From: Nitrosopumilus sp.
GTDB taxonomy: Archaea; Thermoproteota; Nitrososphaeria; Nitrososphaerales; Nitrosopumilaceae
DNA length: 42,141 bases
Direction of reading: 5' to 3'
Assembly: GCA_042138585.1 (NCBI GenBank)
Contig: JBHITY010000001.1
Span: 1-42,141 of the forward strand
The stretch's first letter is position 1. Each line of letters starts with the position of its first letter. The translations under genes were made by a program, and so were the position numbers. This document shows positions 35,248 to 42,141 of the stretch, one piece after another. The notes below the pieces were generated by a model, which saw nothing but the letters and a program-made list of their open reading frames with translations, was not told the origin of the DNA and searched no databases.

Positions 35248-36575
35248 AGAAAGTCATCATTCATGTTATGAAGAATGTTATTCCTACAAAGACAGTAGAA
35301 AAATCAAAAGAAAGAATTGCAGAAACAGCATTGGAATTAGTCAAGAAAGAAATTGTAAAATTTCCTGAAATTATTGGAGTCGAATTTGGTGGATCATTTG
35401 CTAAGGGTACATGGTTATCAAAAGATGCAGATGTAGATATTTTTGTAAGATTCAGAAAATCAACTTCAGAAGAGAAATTTGAAAAGATCTCCAAAAAAAT
35501 TGGTTTTGATTCAATGAAGAAATTTTCTCCATATGTAAGATATTCTGAACACCCATATGTTGAGGCTAAAATGAATGATACAAAGATCAATGTAGTTCCA
35601 TTTTATGATGTAAAAGCAGGTGAATGGAAAAGTGCTGCAGACAGATCACCATTCCACACAAAATTCATGTCAAAATCATTAACACAAAAAATGAGAAATG
35701 AAGTTAGAATTCTAAAAACATTTCTAAAATCAAATAGAATCTATGGTGCAGAAATTGCAAAACAAGGATTCAGCGGATATGTTTCAGAAGTTCTAGTTTT
35801 ACATTTTGGAAGTTTTGAAAATGTTATAAAATCAATTTCTAAAATTGAAGAAAATCAAGTTGTCGGAAAAACTGCAAAGAAATTTGATACATCTCTAGTA
35901 ATAATTGATCCAATAGATAGTAATAGAAATTTAGCTGCTGCGATTTCTGATGAAAATATTGGAAAGTTTATTCTTGCTTGTAGGGCATTTAAGGAAAATC
36001 CAAAACTAGAATTTTTCAAGAATAAAAAATCAAGAGTTTCAAAGAAACACTGGGGAAATGTATTATCGATTAAATTTAATTTCAAAATTAGAAGCCCCGA
36101 TATTATTTGGGGGCAGATAAAGAGAGCAACATCATCATTAACCACACAGTTGGAGTTAGCCGGCTTTACAGTACTAAGGAGTAGAGCATACACAGATCAA
36201 CAAAAAGAAGCTTATCTTCTATTCTTTTTAGAATCAACCAAAATTTCTGATATTTATGCAAAAACTGGACCAGAGTTTTTCAGAGAAAGTAGTTCAAAGA
36301 GTTTCATTTCTAAAAATCTTTCAAATGCAGAATTAGTATGGGTAGGAAATAACAAAAAAATCATCTCTTTAGAAAAGAGAAAACATGTTGATGCCAGTAA
36401 ATTTATGAGTGAATTTTTGAAAAATAATCTTCAAACAGGCATACCAAAGGGTCTTCAAGCTGATTTCAAGCGTGGTTTCAAAATTACCATTGGTGAAAAA
36501 GGATTAAGTAAATCAATTAAAGAGGTTGCAAGTGAGTTGATCTCAACAGATGGCACACTCCTTCATTTCAATTAA
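35244..36575 (+). CDS. cca: class I CCA-adding enzyme
   Basis: GGSFAKGTWL..DADVD, YSEHPY, SAADRSPFH, GFSGY, DPIDSNRN. Confidence 0.96.
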   Translation: MKKVIIHVMKNVIPTKTVEKSKERIAETALELVKKEIVKFPEIIGVEFGGSFAKGTWLSKDADVDIFVRFRKSTSEEKFEKISKKIGFDSMKKFSPYVRYSEHPYVEAKMNDTKINVVPFYDVKAGEWKSAADRSPFHTKFMSKSLTQKMRNEVRILKTFLKSNRIYGAEIAKQGFSGYVSEVLVLHFGSFENVIKSISKIEENQVVGKTAKKFDTSLVIIDPIDSNRNLAAAISDENIGKFILACRAFKENPKLEFFKNKKSRVSKKHWGNVLSIKFNFKIRSPDIIWGQIKRATSSLTTQLELAGFTVLRSRAYTDQQKEAYLLFFLESTKISDIYAKTGPEFFRESSSKSFISKNLSNAELVWVGNNKKIISLEKRKHVDASKFMSEFLKNNLQTGIPKGLQADFKRGFKITIGEKGLSKSIKEVASELISTDGTLLHFN

Positions 36576-37311
36576 AAAGTTTGTTGATGAGCCATATTCA
36601 GAAATTCTTGGGTATCCAAAAGCAACTTCACGTCAAATAAAATCTAGAATTAGTGAATTAGAAAAACTAAAAATTAAATCTATTTCATTGACTGGTCCAA
36701 CGACATTAGGGAAATTAGAGATTCTTGGAAAAGGTTACGTAGGTGTGGTTGTTCTTGCAAAGAAAGGTAGTAAAGAAGTTGCATTAAAAATTAGAAGAAC
36801 AGATTCACAAAGAAAAGAAATGAAAAATGAGGCAAAATTATTGAAAATAGTAAATTCTGTAAATGTTGGACCAAAAATGTTTGATGTAAGTAGAAATTTT
36901 TTGATAATGGAATACATTGAAGGAATCAAAATTATTGATTGGGTAAATTCGCTCAAAGGAGTTGGGAGTGTAAAAAAATTGAAATCAACAATTAGACAAG
37001 TTCTTGAAGATTGTTATAATTTGGATCAAATTGGTTTTGACCATGGAGAGTTAAGTAATATTTCAAAACACGTAATTGTTGGAAAAACAAAATCCACTCT
37101 AATAGATTTTGAAAGTTCTAGTGTTAAAAGAAAGCCATCAAATGTTACATCAGTAACTCAAGCAATTTTTATTGGTTCAGGAATTGCAAAAAAAGTACAA
37201 AAGATTTACAGAAATCCATCTAAGGAGAAAATTATTGGTGCCCTAAAGCAGTATAAACAAGAAAAATCTCTTGAAAATTTTGAAAATCTCTTGAAAATTT
37301 TGAAATTGTAA
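36550..37311 (+). CDS. RIO/Bud32-like atypical Ser/Thr kinase
   Basis: LGKGYVGVV, VALKIRR, MEYIEG, DHGELS, LIDFE. Confidence 0.85.
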   Translation: MAHSFISIKKFVDEPYSEILGYPKATSRQIKSRISELEKLKIKSISLTGPTTLGKLEILGKGYVGVVVLAKKGSKEVALKIRRTDSQRKEMKNEAKLLKIVNSVNVGPKMFDVSRNFLIMEYIEGIKIIDWVNSLKGVGSVKKLKSTIRQVLEDCYNLDQIGFDHGELSNISKHVIVGKTKSTLIDFESSSVKRKPSNVTSVTQAIFIGSGIAKKVQKIYRNPSKEKIIGALKQYKQEKSLENFENLLKILKL

Positions 37312-37385
37312 TGGGACCGGCAGGATTTGAACCTGCGACCACTAGTCCCCCAGACTAGTATCATACCAAGCTAGACGACGATCCC
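37312..37385 (-). tRNA. tRNA-Pro(GGG), intronless, CCA not encoded
   Basis: Reverse complement GGGATCGTCGTCTAGCTTGGTATGATACTAGTCTGGGGGACTAGTGGTCGCAGGTTCAAATCCTGCCGGTCCCA folds as a cloverleaf; anticodon stem CTAGT/ACTAG with loop CTGGGGG; T-loop TTCAAAT. Confidence 0.95.
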
Positions 37386-37441
37386 TTGTCTCAGAGGCAC
37401 AAAATGAAATTATTAAATCGTCGTATTAACAAACAGAAATT

Positions 37442-37651
37442 GTGAAAATTTGTAATATTTGCCACAAACTTTCTGGAACAGGAGAAGACCACATAGATTG
37501 TATTCAAAAAAGAAGCATAGAGTTAGAAGCTGAAGATTTCAAAAATAATATTCCTGAAAAACTTAATCTTTCTAAAAACGACAAAGAGCTTGGTGTCGAA
37601 ATGAAAGCTCTATTAGAACACCTCGCAAGAGAAAAAGACAATTCTGATTGA
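37442..37651 (+). CDS. small hypothetical protein with a possible CxxC...HxxC zinc site
   Basis: CNICH...DHIDC; GTG start preceded by a TATA-like TTATTAAA. Confidence 0.65.
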   Translation: MKICNICHKLSGTGEDHIDCIQKRSIELEAEDFKNNIPEKLNLSKNDKELGVEMKALLEHLAREKDNSD

Positions 37652-38800
37652 TTAAAGCCATTTAGACATTCTTTCTTTTTCAAATTCTCGTTTGTTTGAA
37701 AGATTTTCAGAAGTTTGTGCAGAAATGCTAGTTGAGGGTTTTGATTGTGAAAACATGTCAACTTCAATTACTGAAGCTGTGTCTCTTCCTGATTCAATAT
37801 AACAACCTCCTTTTCCATCAAATAATTCAGATGCATCTTTTGACTGAAGTTTTGAGATAATATTTTTTGCAACAGTTACTCCTTCACCTTCTGCAAAAAC
37901 TCCAGCTTTTGGTACTGCCATATTTTCTGTAACTACCAAACTAGTTACATCACCTACTGCAAACACATTTTCAAAAGGAGTTTTGCAATCTCTGTCTATT
38001 GGAATAAATCCAGATTCTTTAGCTAATCCAGAATCATAGATTACTTTGGGAGCAATGTGGGGCGGTACAGCTAAAAGCAAATCAAATTCAGCTTCACCGT
38101 TTTCAAAAATTAATTTTTTCGACTCAACTGATTTTATTTTAGATGAATTATGAAAAGTAATTTTTTCAGAATTTACTAACTCAAGAATTTCTTTACTAAC
38201 ATCTGGACCAGCTGCAGGTAATGTGATGGGAGCTGGGCTGTAAAAGTCAATTTGAACAGAATCACGTACTCCACGCTTTCTTAGCATAGAATCAATCAAT
38301 AAACTAGCCTCAAATGGTGCTGGAGGACACTTGTATGGCATTCCCATTATAGAAATTGCAATTTTTCCAGAATCAATATTTTCAAGTTTGTTGTGAATTT
38401 CTGAAAGTTGATCATGATCATACAAATTGAATCCATTTTCAGTTAATCCAGGAATTTTTTGTGGAGCTAAAACTGCACCTAATGATATTACAAGAAAATC
38501 ATATGAAATATTTTTTTGGTTGGTTTTGACATTTTTGTTTTGAAGATCAATGGAAAGGATTTCATCTTGTATGAAGTTGATTTCTTTTTTTTCTAATTGA
38601 TTTAGGTGACCAATAGAATTTTCAAAGGTTCGGGTTCCATTTATTATCCATAATTTTGCAAATCCCACCATAAACCAGTCTTTTTTATCAATAACGGAGA
38701 TTTTGACTTGTGATGAAGACAATGAATTTCTAATTTCATTTGCGGTAGCAAGTCCACCAAAACCTCCTCCCAAAATTACAACATGTGGAATATCTGCCAA
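37652..38800 (-). CDS. sulfide:quinone oxidoreductase-like flavoprotein
   Basis: ILGGGFGG, YKCPPAPFE, FAVGDV, PKAGVFA, GGCYIE, KREFEK. Confidence 0.8.
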   Translation of the reverse strand: MADIPHVVILGGGFGGLATANEIRNSLSSSQVKISVIDKKDWFMVGFAKLWIINGTRTFENSIGHLNQLEKKEINFIQDEILSIDLQNKNVKTNQKNISYDFLVISLGAVLAPQKIPGLTENGFNLYDHDQLSEIHNKLENIDSGKIAISIMGMPYKCPPAPFEASLLIDSMLRKRGVRDSVQIDFYSPAPITLPAAGPDVSKEILELVNSEKITFHNSSKIKSVESKKLIFENGEAEFDLLLAVPPHIAPKVIYDSGLAKESGFIPIDRDCKTPFENVFAVGDVTSLVVTENMAVPKAGVFAEGEGVTVAKNIISKLQSKDASELFDGKGGCYIESGRDTASVIEVDMFSQSKPSTSISAQTSENLSNKREFEKERMSKWL

Positions 38801-38801
38801 G

Positions 38802-39542
38802 TTAACGTTCTTGTGTTGTTGGTCGTATCAAGATTTCATTAACATTAACGTAAGGTGGTGAGTCTACTGCAAACAAGATTGCATTTGCTATATCTTCAGC
38901 CTGTAAGGCTTCCATCTTTGCTGCATTCTCTACAAATCCCTTCAAAGATTCATCTGTGATTGTGTTATTGAGTTCTGTATCTACAACACCAGGTTCAATA
39001 CTTGTGACTCTAATGTTTGAACGAATGCTAAATTCTTGTCTTAGTCCCTCACTAAATGCAGCAACTGCGTGTTTTGTTGCACAATATACACTGCCAGCAG
39101 GAAAGACAATTCTTCCTGCAACAGATGACAGATTAACAATATGACCAGATTTTTTTTCTTTCATGTGAGTGATTACTGCTGCAGTAGAATACAACACACC
39201 TTTGATATTGACATCAATCATTCTGTCCCATTCATCTACCTTGAGGTTTTTGAAGAAGCTCAGAGGCATGAGGCCTGCATTATTTACTAAAATATCAATT
39301 GAATTCCATTTTTCTAAAACAGCTTTTGCAAAATCATCACATTCTGATTTTTGTGTAACATCTAATTTTTGATAAAATACTTCTCCACCGTTTTCAGTAA
39401 TTTTTTTTGCAAGTTCTTCTAATCTATCAACTCTTCTGGCACCAATAGCTACTTTTGCACCTGCTTTTGATAGTGCTAAGGCAGTGGCAAATCCAATACC
39501 GCTACTAGCTCCAGTAATTATTGCAACTTTATCTTTAATCAA
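38802..39542 (-). CDS. classical SDR oxidoreductase (NADP-preferring, YdfG-like)
   Basis: TGASSGIG, ARR, NNAG, YCATK. Confidence 0.93.
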   Translation of the reverse strand: MIKDKVAIITGASSGIGFATALALSKAGAKVAIGARRVDRLEELAKKITENGGEVFYQKLDVTQKSECDDFAKAVLEKWNSIDILVNNAGLMPLSFFKNLKVDEWDRMIDVNIKGVLYSTAAVITHMKEKKSGHIVNLSSVAGRIVFPAGSVYCATKHAVAAFSEGLRQEFSIRSNIRVTSIEPGVVDTELNNTITDESLKGFVENAAKMEALQAEDIANAILFAVDSPPYVNVNEILIRPTTQER

Positions 39543-39645
39543 TTAGTCACACTGAATTTTGACATCGTAAAAATGTTTAGACGAGTTAGGGAATTCTTAG
39601 AAAAATACTGGCAACTTTATTAAAAGAAAAATACTAAATGAAATT

Positions 39646-39867
39646 ATGAAATCTGAAAAGTGTGCGTATTGTGGGGATTTAACAGATTTACCATTCCAAT
39701 GCAATTACTGCAAGGATCCATTTTGTTCAGAGCACAGACTTCCTGAGGAACACAGATGTGTGAAACTAAGCCAAATTAGAGCAAAACGATTTGGTGAAAA
39801 AAAAGTTATCAGAGATGGGGGAAGAAATAGACCAAATATTTTCAGAAGAATTTTTGGACGTTTTTAG
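39646..39867 (+). CDS. AN1-type zinc-finger protein
   Basis: CAYC...LPFQCNYC...FCSEHRLPEEHRC. Confidence 0.92.
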   Translation: MKSEKCAYCGDLTDLPFQCNYCKDPFCSEHRLPEEHRCVKLSQIRAKRFGEKKVIRDGGRNRPNIFRRIFGRF

Positions 39868-40148
39868 TAAGGACTTTTTTCAGGAGAAATTTTTGCACGT
39901 CTTCCTTGATAGATTAATGCGATAGCTAGTGCAAACATTACCAATGCAGTTAATGGGAAGTTTTGAGGTGCTGGTAAAATAAACCAGTAGTAGATTCCAA
40001 AACCAATTGAAACTACAGCTTGTGTCCATAATTTTGCCCATTTTGGAGCTTTTACTAATCGACTAATTCCTTCAACAATAAAAATTCCAATTACAGGATA
40101 GATTGTGTAAAACAGAAAATCAATTACATCAACACCCGTATGAGACAT
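39864..40148 (-). CDS. small three-TM membrane protein
   Basis: 94 aa with three hydrophobic helices. Confidence 0.75.
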   Translation of the reverse strand: MSHTGVDVIDFLFYTIYPVIGIFIVEGISRLVKAPKWAKLWTQAVVSIGFGIYYWFILPAPQNFPLTALVMFALAIALIYQGRRAKISPEKSPY

Positions 40149-40180
40149 CTAATTAGAAATGAATTAGGTATAATTTCTAT

Positions 40181-40738
40181 CTAATCTTCCAAACGGACTT
40201 TAGTTGCGGCATTTTTAGCAATTAATGCCTGTGCATTCTCATACGGAATGGTTGCAATATCCTCAATTTTGAAAGGCCCATACTTTTCAAGATCAGAACC
40301 CACAATTTCACCTACTTCTTGCAAAAATCTTACTGCAATTCTCTTTGTTTTGTGATTTTGTGACAAGGATTCAAGAAATTTTGATTTTCCGTTAATTGTT
40401 GCTGAAAGAATCATCTCTTTTCTGTCTTTTTCTTCTTCCTGTGAGTCAAGAATGAATTTTTCCTCATCTAGAAGAAAACCAATTTTAAGATCATTTGATT
40501 GTGCAATTTTTTCTAATCTGATATTTATCAATAAAGATGCTAATTCTATGGCCATTTCTATCATAGCATCTTTGATTTTGCTTTCAACACCATCAAATTC
40601 CTGTTTTTTCAAATTTCCTATAAACTCAGATAGGTTTCTGTAAAAGTTTGGATCAATTTCAAGTAGAGATTCATCTTCAGTTTCTCGTAATACGGTGTGA
40701 TGTAGATAGTTGATATCAATTTGATTTGTTTCGGACAT
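40181..40738 (-). CDS. GINS complex subunit (Gins51/GINS15 type)
   Basis: LLEIDPNFY, RLEKI, LLDEE (A domain) followed by VRFL..IVGSDLEKYGPF..EDIATIP..NA.ALI (B domain). Confidence 0.9.
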   Translation of the reverse strand: MSETNQIDINYLHHTVLRETEDESLLEIDPNFYRNLSEFIGNLKKQEFDGVESKIKDAMIEMAIELASLLINIRLEKIAQSNDLKIGFLLDEEKFILDSQEEEKDRKEMILSATINGKSKFLESLSQNHKTKRIAVRFLQEVGEIVGSDLEKYGPFKIEDIATIPYENAQALIAKNAATKVRLED

Positions 40739-40792
40739 TTCTTACCTAATCCTTAAATGCTGGATGTATTTGTGTTTGATTGAAGTATAAAA

Positions 40793-42141
40793 TTGCCCTA
40801 TAAAGTCAGTCACGGAAAAGCAATTCAAGTAACGTATTCACCTGACGAAGTTTTCTCAAGAATTCAACATGAAGGAATTCAATTCATCGATCTTCAATTT
40901 ACTGGCCTGACTGGTCATTTCCACCATACTACAATTTCAGCAGATACATTCACTCCAGAACAAATGAGAGATGGTTTACCAAAATTAGATGGTTCATCTA
41001 TTGTGGGTTTTACAAGTATTGATGATTCAGATTTACTTCTAAAACCAGATCCTAACACATTTGCCATAATTCCATGGATGACAGAAAACAAAACAGCTAG
41101 ATTGCTTTGTGATGTTTATTGGGGGGAAAATAGAGGTAGATTATCAAGAGATCCAAGAGGTATTTCTCAAAAAGCTGAAGAGTACATCAAGACTCAAGGA
41201 TTTGATTTTAGTACATGGGGACCAGAAGTAGAGTTTTTTGTTTTTGATAAAGTGCATTGGGATGTTCTAACACCATACAAAGGACAATCCTACTCAATAG
41301 AGTCTAAAGAAGCACCATGGAGTCAAGAAGGGAATGGCTACCCAATGGGATTGCAAGAAGGATACTATCCTAGTACGCCATCAGATACACTTACACCATA
41401 TAGAAATGAATGTGTAAATATTCTCAAGAATAATTTTGGAATTTTATGTGATAACCATCACCACGAAGTTGCAACAGCTGGTCAATGTGAGATTGATATC
41501 AAATATGATTACATGACAAACGCAGCTGATGCAGCACAATCATACAAGTATGTAATTAGAAACGTTGCTCAAAAGTATGGCAAAGTTGCAACAATGATGC
41601 CAAAACCAATTGCAATGGATTCAGGTTCAGGAATGCATGTCAATGTTAGTTTATGGAAAGGTGTAGAAAATACATTCTTTGATCCAGATGATGAAGATGA
41701 ATTGAGTCAGACTGCAAGATACTTTTGTGGTGGAATAATTAATCACGCAAAAGCATTATCAGCAATTTGTAATCCAACCACAAACTCCTATCACAGATTA
41801 GTTCCAGGATATGAGGCTCCAGCATATATCGCTTGGAGTTCTGGAAACCGTTCAGCAATTGTTAGAGTTCCTAAACACCTTAAAGGAAAAGCGTATTCGA
41901 ATCTCAAGAGATTAGAGTTTAGAGCACCTGATCCTTCATCAAACCCATACCTAGTGTTTGCAGCAGTAACTGCAGCTGGCATGGATGGAATCAAAAAGAA
42001 GATGGATCCTGGAGAACAAGTTCGTGATGATATTTTCAAGATGACAAAATCAGATAGAGCTAAAAGAGGAATTGGTGTTCTTCCAAAGAGTCTTGGAGAG
42101 GCACTAGATGAGTTAGAAAGTGACAGAAAATTCCTAAATCC
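40793..42141 (+). CDS. glnA: type I glutamine synthetase, paralog 2 (3'-truncated by the window)
   Basis: Not in ORF track. TTG start MPYKVSHGKAIQ...; GPEVEFF, HHEVATAGQCEI, MPKPIAMDSGSGMH, NSYHRLVPGYEAP, RLEFRAPDPSSNPYL; reads to the window end. Confidence 0.95.
   Translation, partial: MPYKVSHGKAIQVTYSPDEVFSRIQHEGIQFIDLQFTGLTGHFHHTTISADTFTPEQMRDGLPKLDGSSIVGFTSIDDSDLLLKPDPNTFAIIPWMTENKTARLLCDVYWGENRGRLSRDPRGISQKAEEYIKTQGFDFSTWGPEVEFFVFDKVHWDVLTPYKGQSYSIESKEAPWSQEGNGYPMGLQEGYYPSTPSDTLTPYRNECVNILKNNFGILCDNHHHEVATAGQCEIDIKYDYMTNAADAAQSYKYVIRNVAQKYGKVATMMPKPIAMDSGSGMHVNVSLWKGVENTFFDPDDEDELSQTARYFCGGIINHAKALSAICNPTTNSYHRLVPGYEAPAYIAWSSGNRSAIVRVPKHLKGKAYSNLKRLEFRAPDPSSNPYLVFAAVTAAGMDGIKKKMDPGEQVRDDIFKMTKSDRAKRGIGVLPKSLGEALDELESDRKFLN

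Noticed and set aside
37263-37305. Exact 20-bp tandem repeat AAAATCTCTTGAAAATTTTG x2 next to the tRNA 3' end, as a possible att site or CRISPR remnant
   Set aside because: Low complexity, inside the kinase coding end, no spacer, no similarity to the tRNA and no integrase in the window.
37312-37385. tRNA-Pro as a genomic-island integration site
   Set aside because: No duplicated tRNA 3' end was seen and the 3' flank is core genes.
808-42039. Many 60-120 aa antisense or alternate-frame ORFs in the track (e.g. 808-1050, 2144-2425, 4420-4668, 18654-18986, 33259-33615, 35855-36193, 41791-42039)
   Set aside because: They lie within well-supported genes, have Ser/Phe/Ile-rich shadow composition and no motifs; 41791-42039 is antisense to glnA paralog 2.

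Overview
AT-rich, densely packed archaeal chromosome segment, most consistent with an ammonia-oxidising Nitrosopumilus-like thaumarchaeote (PEFG-CTERM-type protein, PCNA, TFS, RpoL, GINS, archaeal TyrS and CCA enzyme, cupredoxin, cobalamin gene). It holds about 47 CDSs and one tRNA-Pro(GGG). I see no IS element, integrase or CRISPR array. Five CDSs missing from the ORF track were read by hand: a 5'-partial PEF-CTERM protein, three microproteins and a 3'-partial second glutamine synthetase. The best candidate for an undescribed system is at 24955-29711: a KamA-family radical-SAM aminomutase whose substrate-binding positions look glutamate-type rather than lysine-type, followed by a glutamine synthetase paralog and divergent from an atypical MscS channel, suggesting a beta-glutamate/beta-glutamine osmolyte module. 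Other leads are an orphan MtrA-like corrinoid protein, a Cache-HAMP adenylate cyclase next to Usp/CBS genes, a tandem palindromic operator upstream of a ferredoxin, and a pair of paralogous microproteins. All family calls come from motif recognition by eye; no searches were run.
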